64,000 bases of DNA from Lama glama (taxonomy: Eukaryota): positions 30,010,001 to 30,074,000 of the forward strand of contig CM052816.1 of assembly GCA_028534125.1 (NCBI GenBank). The letters are read 5' to 3'. This document shows, piece by piece, positions 40,035 through 53,559 of this stretch. The notes below the pieces were generated by a model. The model was not told where the DNA came from, did not search any database, and saw only the letters and a program-made list of their open reading frames with translations. The position numbers were made by a program, and so were the translations under genes. Each line of letters begins with the position of its first letter. The first letter of the stretch is position 1.

Positions 40035-43000
40035 AAGAAGTAAAGAGCTTAAATGTGTATCTAACTACCTGCCTGTTTCCAGGAAGAATATAATCTATGC
40101 TAGAGAGATTGAGCCTGTGTGATTAGGGTTTACACAAAGAGATCTATGCACTATGAAAACAATCTATAAGACTTTTCTGTAAAGATAGCCCCTTACGCAC
40201 TGAAACTAGTTTTCTTGTGTTCAACCAATTAATTTCCTAGATTAAGTTTCCAGGAAGAGCTGACACATTCTAAATGCATGGCTTCTGTCTGTAGGCCCAC
40301 GTTCATCAAAAATCTCTTTTGTAAACCTGCAAGGAGCCCCCTCCCTCCTCTTGCACACGTTCTCTTTACATCTTCCAGTCCAGAGACTTCAGGCACAGCT
40401 GTCAGATGGGGAACCTAGTCAAACCATCCAAACTCCATTTACTGTGCAAAAACAGAAGACAAAGTACCCATGAGAAACATCTGATAGCAAAACTGAACAC
40501 CACCTATTCTGAATATTTCCAATTTTAGGAGATGCTGAAATTGGAAGAGGATGAGGAGAACCCTAGAGAAAAGCCTCAGAAGTTAGTGAATCTTTATTGG
40601 AAGAACATAGAGGTGTCCAAGAAAACATTGTTCTGGAAATGGGGAAAACTGTGATGAATTAGTAAGCAAGGAGTCAGGATCTATTTAGATGATGGAGCCA
40701 ATGCGTGTGAAAGTGTATCATGTTGGAAAGATGGAAGAAACTTGGCTGAGCAGGAGCTGAGGATGGGGCCTGGGATTGCGGAGGGTGTGGACAACTGAGA
40801 GAGCCGGGCCAGTTCCTCCTCCCATTGGAAGCCTCCCAACACCCCCTCCAGAGCCAGTGAAAGGATGAAGGTGCTATTCGTGGTTGTTTTAGGAAATGAC
40901 TGCTGAGTCCCTGCTGCTTCCCTGTGAGGGTGCAGGTACCACAGGCCGACAGATACCGTATGACGGGAATTAGGGAGATGCTGGAGGCATTCAGAAGGAT
41001 CTAATTCCAGGGTGTGGAATAGATGTGAAACTCTGTTATAGTGTGGTTTTCTTATTCTTAGATGTAGAAGGACTTTTGGACCCACCTGAAATCTTAGGAA
41101 CAGAGAGTGTAGGTTTCATTCAGATAGAGCATTTTAACCTTGATCATAGGTGTTTTCATTTCTTTTTAAAGACTTTCTTATAGTTCTATGATTTTCAATA
41201 CTGAATTTAAGGCAAATTCTTCCACCAAAGCTGACAGACCTGTTTGTTGCATCATTTTTTTTTGTATTCACATGAATTCTCACTGAATATTCTATAACCA
41301 CATACAGTACTATTTTTTATTTTAATTTTTATCTATCTCCTATTGTACTATGTGAATCAAGATGATGTGATGTTTTTCTTTTTTTTTCTATGAAGAATCA
41401 GTTGGAGTTCCTAATGTGAAATGAAAAAATTTTTTCTAACAACAGTGCATTTCTGTGAGGGAAGGGTGGTGTATTCTGTGGGGTGATGGGAAGGGGCTTT
41501 GGTTTTCTACCAGGTGGTTTCCTAGACTTGCTGATCATCACCAGCTCCCTGGGATACTGCTCAGCCTTTGAAATGCAAGTGTCCCAGTCACTCTTCTTGT
41601 GTCGTGTACTGAGGGTGGAGTGGGTAGGTTGAGAGCCATGTGCATCTAACTGGCCAGCGTGGTAGGTACCCAGGGCCTTCTCTTGCTCCCAGATACCCCA
41701 CAGCAAGTATCTGTGATCCCCTTCAGAGACATCCCCATCTTTTCAAGCAGCAGGACCTGCACACCCTTTGAGTTGTGTTTTCCTATTTCATATGTTATGA
41801 TGTTATGTCTTCTAGTTTTCAGGGATTCCTCAACATTTTGAGGTCCCTTTGATACTTCTTGATTTGGGGGATTGTTATAGATTTAATTTATGTATCATTT
41901 AATGTCATTTCTAGAGAATTTGATGAGAGGGAGAGAAATGTGGCTGTGCTTAGTCCGTTACTTTATTCCTGTCCTGCAGATAAGATGGATTCTGATTTTC
42001 TGGACGGAAATAATTTGGGGGATGAAATAGGTTTCTATCTCCAATAAAGTCCAAGTGCCCTCATACTCATTTTTGATACTGTTGTCTTACTTCAGTTTGT
42101 GTGTATTTGGCATCTTTCTCCAGTCTGATTAGAAGAAGAATTATCCACATTATTTTCACTTCTCTAAGGAAGAGGAGGTCCAGTAAAGAAAGAAAACCAA
42201 GGGTCCAGATGGCCATTTGTCTTCTGAGTCACTTGCATTCTGTTCATTTCTCCCTTTGGTGAGTTTCTCTGAGTACACATGAGGCTGAATTGGCATGTCG
42301 TCAGGTAAACAGTCTCAGAAGGACAGATGCCATTTCCATTTTGGGTCAGCAGGAATACATGTTCTAGACCAGCAATCAGCCTGGAGTCAAAAAGCATGGC
42401 GCTTTGTTAGGACTGGTTTACTAGTTTTCAAATCAAAAGAATCGATTGTCCATTGAACCTCGATTGTTGCAGAATTCATCCTATTTAATATTTTATTTAG
42501 ACATTTTTGGTGCAGATGTTCCTCACTAACCAGCCCTATTTGCCCAGGACTGAATAGTCTGTGTCCTGGCAAGCTGCTCAGTGCATCCAGTGGTAACTGG
42601 CATTTTTAACTTGCCTGACACCTAGCTTCTTCGTTTTCAGTCTTTCACTCGATCTGTGAAAATGTGTTTTCTATAATCTAATTCCTTAATATATGTCAGG
42701 TAGCAGTAGAGAAATAGAGTAATAGAAACATAAGGCTGAATTATCTTTTGGTTTGGAATGTTCAATTTTTCTCTTTTTTGTTATATATTGATAGCAGGAG
42801 GTGAACAGATTAACTATGAAATTTTTATTTCTATGTTTATGAAAAAAAACTACTGTAGTATTACTGCAAGCTATGACTTTAGAATTTGTTTCCTTATAAT
42901 TTGAAAGCTTTTAATTTTAATTGGTTGTTTTCTTTGTTTTTGGTATTAGAAAATATTACATCAGAATGAGTGCATACATTTCAGATATGTGCCTTTCTGT

Positions 43001-43159
43001 ATGTTCACCTTTTATTGCTTATTAATTTTTAACTGTATATTTGAAAACTTATAAAGAGAAATACTGCCAAAGAAATAATAACTGAAGGGAGCTCATACTC
43101 AGTAATATTGTTGAAAATATTGAAATATTGGAAAAGAAAACTATAATATTCTTATAAAA

Positions 43160-43300
43160 ATATTTGTTGCATGTATCCTGTGGGCAAGGCTCTGTTGCAA
43201 GAGTGAAAAACAATGATATTAAAATATATACCTGTGCCTTCATGGGCTAGCATTCTACAGAGAAGAAGTGAAACATATACACATATATAGTGAAGTAACA
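43160..43300 (-). mobile_element. L2 3' fragment
   Basis: aaatatttgttgcatgtatcctgtgggcaaggctctg...cctgtgccttcatgggctagcattcta. Confidence 0.65.
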
Positions 43301-44223
43301 ATAATGAAGCTGCTAGTAATAGAAAACAAATACATAAATTTATTGACAAGGAAATGTCTACTCTTCACTAAGTGAGGACACTAGTTACTTTATTTCAATC
43401 TCTAGGAAATCTCTTCTTCTGTATCAGAATTCTGTAGCTGTCTAAAAGGTTTTACACACTATTGACATCTTTCTGGGTGGAGAAAATGTATTTCCTGAGT
43501 AAGCATATTAAGGAAAGCTTATAAAGTTTTAAACTATATTGAAATAGTATTTTGATTTTTACCAGCCTCCAATTATTTTTTTATCTTGATGTCTCACTTT
43601 TTAACCCTCTTTGAGCATTCAGCCTTTTAGGATTATCTCTCCCATTCTTTTATGATACTGAAATTTGGTTTAGTGCTTATTATAAGCCACACAGTGCTTA
43701 TGTACTTGATCACCCTTAATCCTGGGTGCATGATCACACAGAAAGGATGGGTGCAGTTGGAGTTTAATCACTGGTGTTTACTATACAGGTGTTTCAACAG
43801 TATAATGGGTCACCCTGACAATGACTGCAATCACATTTTAATTGAACATTTACTGACATGTGGATGTTCAGTACGCACTTGATGATTGACAAACTGGTGC
43901 CTGTTGATGACACAGAAAGTCCAATGCAACTTTTACATCATCTCTGTTCTAGTTTTTACACTTCACGTGTGTTCATTTAGCATAAGAAATCTAATAAAGC
44001 TTAGTGACTAGCCTAAGTGGCAGGCCCTAAAAATCAAACTGGAGAGCAGGCCTGGGAGATACCCAGTTTCAGAGTTTTGGAGCTGTGTAAAAATGATCAA
44101 AAGTGATGCCCTTCCTTACTTCCAGTGTCCTTGTTCCTTCTTGAATTTCCCTAATGCTCGTTTCAGAATTTGTGACCTTTTAACTTACAATCCTTTGGTT
44201 CTTCTGTATCGACCAGTCTGTCT

Positions 44224-44464
44224 TTTTTTTTTTTTAAATTGAAGTATCGTCAGTTACTATTTGTCAATTTATGGTGCACAGCATAATGTTTCAGTCGTTA
44301 TATACATACATATATTTGCTTTCATATTCTTTTTCATTATAGGTTACTACAAAATATTGAATATAGTTCCCTGTGCTATACAGAAGAAATTTGTTTTTTT
44401 GATCTACTTTACGTATAGTGCTTAGTATTGGGAAGGGATAAATTGGGAGTTTGAGATGTGCAAA
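44224..44464 (-). mobile_element. Young L1 3' fragment with ~38-bp 5' inversion (twin priming)
   Basis: Minus-strand L1 3' UTR to 44428, then the adjacent L1 segment in opposite orientation (44429-44466). 17-bp TSD TATCRACCARTCTGTCT at 44207-44223 and 44465-44481. Confidence 0.9.
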
Positions 44465-45859
44465 TATCAACCAATCTGTCTCGACAGTTAATAGTTCAAT
44501 CAGCTAGTAGCGGATTTTGAATGGATCATCTGCAGGTTCAGTCAGAACAGCAAAGATGGCTGGACAGTTGACTTAGTAAATATTATGTCATTCTGAGAAC
44601 ACATTCACATGATCATTCACGTGAGTCATGGGCTTTTTATTAAACTCTAACTCTGATCCTAGCACCCCTTGTCTATTGTGTGCTTAAAAGTGAAAAGTCA
44701 TCAGATTCCTAAAGTGGGCTGGATTTATCCTGTACAGTACAAGTCTTTTTTCTCCCCCTCAGTTGTTTAGAGACACAGCAGGAGAGATGGCATATTCATA
44801 ATAGCATGCAAGTGCAGATCCTGGCTAAATGTTATCAACATAGAGTATTTCTTCCAGGCCATGTTTTACCATTTATCTTGAATCGCTAAACATACAAGAC
44901 AGCATGCGAAGTCTATTTATGCAGCTGTAATTGGGATGATGATTATTTTTTCCCCCAAATCCTGCTGGGTAATCAATCTTTCTGGAAGAAATACAATCAT
45001 CTCCTGTTTTTGATCAGTGTACTACAAAAATCTGATTTCAAGTTCACAATGAAGATACACTGGCTCAGTTTAATCACATGGGAATATGGTGTTCTGGATT
45101 TAATGAAGATGCTTTCAGAAGTTAAAAATAATCTGAAAATATAAATGGAAGCCATGACGTATTTTAAAACTGAAGAGATCACTTCATGAAGCCTGGCCAG
45201 TGATAGATCAGTTTCAGTCAAGTCTAACCATATGCTATCATGATATTAAATACAAAACAAGCACAGTTCAGTGACACAGATAATGGAGAGAAAATGACAG
45301 GGTTCGGATGCACTGTTGGTTGTGTGTTTTCTGGATAATATCTAAATTTTTCCAAACAGACATCATGATAGAAAGAAGGCTGGCTTGGTTTTAAAAATCA
45401 TATTTAGTAGATCTAAGGCAGTTTGAAGACAAATGGAATCCTTGAATTCCTGGTAGGCAATTTCCACCACAGTCTTCACATTTTCAATACAAATTGAATG
45501 ATGTGAGTAAGTAGTAGGTCAACAAGCTACAGAAGTAAAATATGAAACAGACACACAGATATAGAATCCTCCCTTACCTCCCCTATCATCAGAAATGAAG
45601 TTGTTTGAATTGAAATTATGTTATTTTTTAATATGTTGGGGTGTTGAGGAGTTTTTTCCCATGGAAACAAAGGATTTTTTTTTTGTTTTGTTTTTTTCTG
45701 GTGAAATTAATTTTATTAGGCTCTGGAGTTTGACAAACTTGGGGTTTACTTAGAAGCAAGCATCCCCCTTGATACTTCAATTCCTATCAGATAGGAGTGT
45801 GTACAGTGGTGATACTGCAGTAGGAGAACCCCTGTTTAGAGCACATCACTCATTTGATC

Positions 45860-45970
45860 TATATTTTCATTTCCTCATCTGAAAAATGGGGATAATAATA
45901 CTTAGCTTTTAGGGTTGCTGAGAGGATTTAAAGCACTTAATTTAATGAAGTGCTTAGCAGAATGTAAGCT
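45860..45970 (+). mobile_element. MIR SINE
   Basis: tttcctcatctgaaaaatggggataataatac...gggttgctgagaggatt. Confidence 0.8.
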
Positions 45971-46254
45971 GTGTTAGTCTTATTTCTGTGGTCTCAAATG
46001 TCTATTCAGGGAGGTTCTTTCTATCATTTTTAGGCCCTTAGATGACTACTTTATTGAGCTCATACTGAAGAGTGCATGAAGAGAGATCTCAGAGCTGTTT
46101 AGATATATTATCTTATTTAGTCCCAGATCCTGTTACAGAGAACAATATTAACACTAGGTCAAGAATTTATGTAGTTGTGGTAAAATGCCCAAGAAATGAG
46201 GGTAAAGACTATTTCTCTTTGAACTGGTCACCCATGAGGGCCTAAACGAAGTTT

Positions 46255-46460
46255 ATCAATCAGTTATCTATTATGTGCTGGTCATTGCTTAAGGTATTTT
46301 ATATTTGTACATTATCTCAGGAGAACCTCAAGTTATGACTGTTTGTAAAGTAAGAATCTGAACCTCAAAATGTGAAGTAGCCTCTACAAAGTCAAGCAGA
46401 TAATAATCAGTGAAGCCTAAATTCAAACCTGGATCTTGTTTACTTTAAAAGCTCATATTC
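46255..46460 (-). mobile_element. MIR SINE (degraded)
   Basis: tatgtgctggtcattgcttaagg...aaattcaaacctggatct. Confidence 0.6.
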
Positions 46461-47731
46461 TTTGTAGTTTAGTCCCTTGAGTCTATGACATCAGATTGCA
46501 ATTTCAAATCCTGTACCCTGTCTTACAAATGCAGTTATTTAGCACAAAGGCAACTATGTGATTATCTGAAAGAGTCTAAAAGGATATTCAGATATTTAGA
46601 GCCAATTGCAAATCTTAGACAAGAAAGTTCTGTCAATTTGTTCTTTGATTCTCTTCCCTTCTCAATCAGAGAATTCGTTGTTGTGTTCTCTGGTAATAGC
46701 ACATATTAAAAATCTCAAAAGAAATCTGAAATAATTCTAAACTGAATCATTTAAACAATCCATTCAAATTGCAAAATTCTTACTTATGTTTCGAAAGAGA
46801 GTTTATTTAAGGTTGGGGCAATTTCTTCCTATGTTACAAGTGTTCCGAATTCTTTAGTGAAAATGGCATTCCTTTAAATTAGATATAAAAGAAGAATGAC
46901 CTTTAATGCAAATAAGTGGGAAATCTAAAGAGTCACATATATATTATGAACTTATTTTTTTCCTTTTGTTCCTTACTTTAAAGTTAATGGTCAACTGTAC
47001 TATTCAGTGAGCTCCCAAATTTTATAGATCAAATTGTCCTCTGTTTTTAGACTGTGTCTCTCCTTAGGAATCATAAATGGTATGCAAGTGTTTCAACCCA
47101 TGGAAGGAATCATCATGTAGTCTGGATTCAGCCCAGATTCAGAGCTTTGTTTCAGTAATGAGCATGCATCCTTTTCCTTCACTGTAGTTTCATTCTGAAA
47201 TGCTCTCTAGTATTGCATCTGACAAATACATGCAACCTCTCTTTGCTTAGTGGATTCCAAGTGAAGTGTGTGAAATACGTTGTCTTAAGCTGACATTGCC
47301 CTTCTTGTCTTCTGGCCCATCAGCTGACTTTCTTATTCTGCCTTATTTCTTACAAAGAAACCTCTAAATTTCCTGAGAGTCCTATGTAGTCTGGGGTATA
47401 TGTGGATGGGATAGTATGTGAGCAATTGCTCAAAAGCTGAGTGATGCAGCAGTTTTGTGCTTGTTAAAAGGAAAAGTTGGAAATGTTGAAAGAAAGAAAA
47501 GATGAAAATTATATTTAAATGAAGTTTTCCAGTTTTGTCTTTGATATTAAATTGATGAGATAAATTGCTTTCAGAAGTTAAAATAGAGATCGAAAGGTTA
47601 TAATAATATCAAAGCAAAAATAGCCCAGAGAGGGGAAGAGATGGAGAGTTCATTTAAATATGCAAATGATTTATGGAGATATAATGGTTCTATTAATATT
47701 AATTATGTCATTATCATTCACTGCTCTCCAG

Positions 47732-47776
47732 ATTGAAAATTGCCAGCCTATATCTTCCTCGCGGAGATACTAAAAG
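47732..47776 (+). CDS. Putative 45-nt frame-preserving cassette exon (phase 2-2) of an unidentified host gene; peptide x-LKIASLYLPRGDTK-[R/S]
   Basis: Acceptor ttcactgctctccAG|ATTG and donor AAG|GTAAAT. Length is divisible by 3 and only one frame is open across the exon. It carries two CpGs (CTCGCGGA) in a CpG-depleted background and lies in a repeat-free block. Confidence 0.6.
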
Positions 47777-49830
47777 GTAAATAGAAGTTGACAACTTTGC
47801 TTCTATACACACAGGTTGTCCAGGATTCCTAGCTTGAGACACTCTAGCCAATCTAACATTGGAAAAGCCCAGGTTTGGCAGAAAAGCTCTCAAAGGGAAG
47901 AATTTGTTACTTCCAAGTGTTGCTTTTGTGGTAGCATGAGCTTGGCCTTCAGTCAGTTTTTGAAGTGCTGAAGTTGCCTGGTCTCGGGTTCTGGTTCCCT
48001 CAGGAACTCATACTGAGAATGAGTCAGCTTAAACCCCTTGGCAAGCGGTGAGGGAAGACAGAAGCTGTCTAGCCTCTGGAGGGGCTCTTGAAAGCAAGGA
48101 GATAGCCAAAGGGAACACCTGTCTGTTTCCAGCTAGCTAGGGTAGAGAGTCTGGCATGTTTTGAAAACCATTACTTAGACCAGAAGTTTTTCTTTATTTG
48201 GGGATGGGTGATGGTGGAGATTAAGAATTTTATGCCCGAAAAACTTTCCCATCAGGGACAGGATAGTCTTTTAACTCCGCACATTCGTCTTTTTTTCTTG
48301 AAGTAATTGACATTTAATGAGGAAGAAAACAACATTTTGAAGGTTGTATTTATTCGTTTAATAGTGTGACTGTCCTAGTGTTTGGAAGATAATGTTTTTA
48401 TGTGCGGTTTAAAATGTTTGTATCACTTTGAGTCCTAAACAGATACATTTCATTAAATTCTCAAGGCTTTGATTTTCACCCCATTAAGTTCCATTATCAA
48501 AATTACCAGGCAATACCTTAAAAGCTTAAAAGTTACATCTCTAATATTGCACAGGTCTCTTCCTGCTTTTTAAATGTAAGATGCTATTTTAAATGAATCA
48601 TAGCATGTGTTTAGCTGCCAGTTTGAATCCCCACATCTGGGAATCGCCCCAAGATTACACACTTCCTATCTGGAAGAGGTAGTATTCTCAGTATGAGCAT
48701 CACCAGCAATGATGTGATGCAGCAATAAAAAGAGGTGCCCCAAGTGAGGCCATGTGATAAAATATGGCAAAGAGGGGTATGGATGTCTTGGGTCCTCAAC
48801 ATATGATGATAATTAAACTTCCAAACTCTAATTTCTTCTCTTCTTTTTATAACTATGCCTGGCCTAAAGAAAAAAAAAAAGATTTGAAATATGGGCAGGG
48901 GGTGTGGTACCATATGGCAGTACAAACAAAATTACCCAAACACTTCAGAAACAAGCAGGGTACGTTTCTCCCTCCGTTCAGTAACCATATGTGAGCTCAA
49001 TACATGCAAAGAGCCCTTCAAGTTGATTCAAACAGGCTCTTTGTCTTTTGGTCTCCAGTGTGTTTCTTTGAAACCAAAATCAGGGGACCTTGGAGAGGAG
49101 TTGGAATGAGATCCCTGCAGGATCTGAATGCAATTTTGCGAAGATTGTAGGACTATATTTGAAGTGAAAGAATTTTCTGAAGAAGCAAGATGTGTAACAA
49201 AAGAATCATTGTCATCAATAAGCAGCCAGCCTGCTTTTGGCATTGGACTGTCCTGGGATTTGTTTATAGATAATGAAAGAGACATATTCCTGACCTAATG
49301 GGGTTTATCATTGGAGAAGGACAGATTTGGTTATGACAAACAATGGACACACAGACATCTTTGTAAAATCATGAGAATACATTGATCACATAAAGAAGCA
49401 ATGGACTATACAGGAAACATTAATAAAATGCGATTATCGGTTATTGGTAGATCCTCAATTCCTAACCTTTTGAACCATACTTTTCCTTTCCTTCTTGCAT
49501 GGCCTAAAATTGCAGACGTTTTCTTGCTGACTTCCATCACAACAGTTCTTTTGATTTTTTTTCCTTTGAAGTTACCATGTGGCTTATTTAAAACATTCAC
49601 ACTGCCTAAGGACCAGGAAACCTTGTGCCATCTGTGGGATTACATACACGACAGATAAACTAACCACATAAAGTTTAATTGAGAATATAATATAAATCAT
49701 AGGAAAGAAAATCCCAAGAAGTATTTAACAGGAGAAATTAGAGCCAAAAAAGAGATTTCTAGAAGTCTAGAAACGTACCTGACAAGATTAAGAGGGAGAC
49801 AAAATTTAGACATTTATTTTAATAAAAAAA

Positions 49831-51014
49831 TTTTTTTTTATTTGCAGTATAGTCAGTTTACAGTGTTGTGTCAGTTTCTGGTGTTATGGCACAATTCTTC
49901 AGTCATACATGATTATACATATATTCATTTTCATATTCTTTTTCACCATAAGCTGCTACAAGATATTGAATATGTTTTCCTGTGCTATAAAGTATAAACT
50001 TGTTTATCTGTTTTATATGTACCAGTCAGTATCTGCAAATCTCAAACTCCCAGTTTATCCTTTCCCACCCGACTCCCCACTGGCAACCACAAGTCTGTAT
50101 TCTATGTCTGTGAGTCTGTTTCTGTTTTATATATAAGTTTCTTTTTTTTTAGATTCCACATATGAGTGATATCATATGGTATTTCTCTTTTTGGCTTACT
50201 TCATTTAGAATGACATTCTCCAGGGCCATCCATGTTACTGCAAATGGCATTTTATCATTTTTTATGGCTGAGTAGTATTCCATTGCATAAATAGACCACA
50301 TCTTCTTTATCCAGTCATCTGTTGGTGGACATTTATGTTGTTTCCATGTCTTGGCTATGGTAAATAGTGCTGCTATGAACATTGGGGTGCAAGTGTCTTA
50401 TTGAATTAGGGTTCCCTCTGGATATATACCCAGGAGTGGGATTACTGGGTCATTTGGTAAGTCTATTTTTAGTCTTTTGAGAAATCCTCACACTGTTTTC
50501 CACAATGGCTGCACCAAACTGCATTCCCACCAATGGTGTAGCAAGGTTCCCTTTTCTCCACACCCTCTTATGCATTTATCATTTGTGGACTTTTTAATGA
50601 TGGCCATTCTGACTGGTGTGAGGTGATACCTCATTGTAGTATTGATTTGCATTTCTCTGTTATTTAGTGATATTGAGCATTTTTTCATGTGCCTATTAGT
50701 CATTTCGTATGTCTTCATTGGAGAATTGCGTTTTTAGGTCTTCTGTCAATTTTTGGATTGGGTTGTTTGTTTTTTTCTTATTAAGTCATATGAGATATTT
50801 ATATATTCTGAAAATTAAGCCCTTGTCAGTCTCATCTTTTGCAAATATTTTCTCCCATTCTGTAGGTTGTCGTTTTGTTTTGCTTATGGTTTCCTTTGCT
50901 GTGCAAAAGCTTGTAAGTTTAATTAGGTCCCATTTGTTTATTTTTGCTTTTATTTCTATTGCTTAGGTAGACTGCCCTAGGAGAATATTGCTGGGATGTA
51001 TGTGAGATAATGTT
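49831..51014 (-). mobile_element. Young L1 3' ~1.2 kb (camelid-type)
   Basis: Minus-strand frames give ORF2 C-terminal peptides ([39 protein letters not shown]), and the 3' UTR is shared with the copies at 14925 and 44224. Confidence 0.95.
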
Positions 51015-53559
51015 CAAAAGGATCCTGGATTAGCTCTAGATTCTAGTTTGAGTGCTCAATCAAAGACCACTGATTTTCAGTTTAAGTAACTATGTTGAAT
51101 TGAGTAGTTGGTGAAATCTTTAAAAGGTCAAGTTGATGAATGACTCATTAATGCAAATAAACACTTTTGAATATATGTTAGGAAATGTGTTTAATCAATA
51201 TTTTTAGTGACTTCACTACAGGACAATTTGAACAGAATAAAAAACATGAGTTATTTCATTTTTGTTAGCTACACAATTTCCAAGGAATTTAATCATTTTT
51301 GGAGTTTTTATTATATAAGTTTTAATATTCAGGTATTTTTGAACTTTTGACACTGCTGATTAATTTTAGTTGTTTATTTAGTGTATATAGCATCATGCTA
51401 GTTACCAAAATAATAATTGAGTTACTATAACACTTCATTATTGAAAAGTCAGACTCTTGACAGCCTCAAATTTACTGAGATTTGTAATAGGTTGAATTTT
51501 TAAATATAGTCACTCACATACAGTACAAAACACCCTTTCATCTCAATTTCAATTCACATGTTTGAATATTGCTTTATTAACAGCTTGAAGACAATTTGAT
51601 TGAAAAATTAAGAACAAAGAAGGCTTTGAAATGCCTGCTGATCCAGAATGTTAATTACTAACTACTCATCTTCTTTTCCAAATTTCTTCCATCATCCCTG
51701 ATAAGCGTATGAATGTCCTGGCTTTTGTAGCATAACCTAACCCTGAACTTGCTGGGAACACAGAGTTAAGCCATCTGTGATGCCAGAGAAGCAGCTGTGA
51801 CTCTGGGTCCCTCGTATGCAGCCTCAGAGTCCAGAGGCAGGCCCTTCTTCCCTTGCCTGTTTATTTTTAAACTCCTTTTTGAAGATCAATATTTGCACCT
51901 GCCAGAGTAGTTCAACAGCTAACCAATCCATTGTTTATTTCAATTGATCTTTAAAATTCACAAAGGTATACTTTTCTAAGTGGCTGGCCCCCATTTACAT
52001 GTCGACACAAATCAGTGCAGACCACACAAGTGACCCTGGGTTCTCAGGGAAAAGCTGTGTATCGGCCGTCTAAAAAGTTATTGGAGCAGACTTGCCCTTT
52101 GGTAAAAGAGCTTTGGGATGGAATAACATCTCCTGTGCCTGAAGAGAAGCATTCAAGTGATGTCAGCCGTGAGTAAACAAGGCATTAAAGCCTCTTCTAT
52201 TTAAACAAGTGGAGCAACTGATTTTAATAGCAAAACGAAATTACTTTCAATGACTCCAGCATGCTTCATTGCTTGAAGTTCTGTTGTTGGCTTCCCTTGA
52301 GATTATTCACTGATACAACTTTCCATACGACTTGAAAATGTTCCATACTTATTAATTGATTTATTAAATTATGTAATTTTCATTTTAATTTTAGTTTGGA
52401 AAAAGCAGTATAAGACATAGAAGCTCGTTACATTCTACAACTAGAAAGGGTCTGTAGCAATAAAGCAATAGGCTAAATGCTATTTCTAAGTCATAGACTT
52501 AAGGGACAGTACATTGGGGAATATTAATGATGATGAGTTCTAGATGATAAGGTGTAAGGATTAGCTGCATTGATAAAGTAGTACAATACAGGTGAGAGGC
52601 AGCTTAACTACAAGTTGAGTGCATGACAGCATCATCTATAACACTTCATCTTAAAATTGCTTACTTAGAGATAAACTTTACTGCTAAGGTAGTCAAAAGA
52701 GTACCTGCATTTCTCAGGCCCTGGCTATGTATTGACAACTTTAATAGCAGGACACAAATTAACTGTTGGAGACTTCTCCTTTTTAAAGTTATGCTTAAAT
52801 TTGCTAGCCTTATCCAGGCTATTCTCATCTTTGTTAAAATTGAAGGAAAATACATCTTATTGTGTTTTAGTTACCCCAGGAATTCATGAAAGTTAAAAAA
52901 TCAGTCAAAAAAGGATAAAAATAAAGATATTAGAAATGATATAATAATGGAAGACTGGAAACCTCATTGAGACCCCTTATCTGTTATCTGCTATTGTTCC
53001 TTTATGGTTTATTGCTCTGATGCTGGTTTTAAACCTACAGGTCTTCGTGACAGCTTTCTTCAAGCAGTTTATTACACACTTAATTGGCTTGACCCTCTAG
53101 TTTGTTCTTGTATATTTATACAGGTGGTGGACCACAACCTAGAAGTCTACACACCAAGAATCTTAGACTTACAGTCAATTTATTTTGAATTCTTAAAGGA
53201 AATGAGTTTTCTGCTTTCCTTTTTTTTTTTTTTTCAAATAGTCAACTTTTCTCAGTGGAGGGAGAAAGAAAGCATAACCGGAGCTTGGATGCTAGTTTTT
53301 CCTATTAACATAGTTAAAGAAAGTGGTTAGTGACTCCCTTCTACCAAGATTGCTGAGTGGGGAACATAAAGGGGAAAAAATTACACTGTTTAATAAGCAG
53401 TTAATGAAGCAGTGGTTGTCTTGGGTGAAATCGCTATCTTTCCTTGTTGTCCTTTTGCTATTTGTGTGGGGAATGTGTCATAAAATTATTTAGCGTGTAT
53501 TAAATTGTTGATATTTACCCTATAAATCTGATTCTCCTCCAGGCTTCCTTGCTAGAATA

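Noticed and set aside
43690..43960. Possible ancient DNA-transposon remnant or snoRNA-like segment (TGATGA motifs)
   Set aside because: I could not establish TIRs or a proper C/D box pair with a terminal stem.
50149..50966. ORFs with convincing protein-like sequence
   Set aside because: They are fragmented L1 ORF2 C-terminus and its antisense frames, not a host gene.
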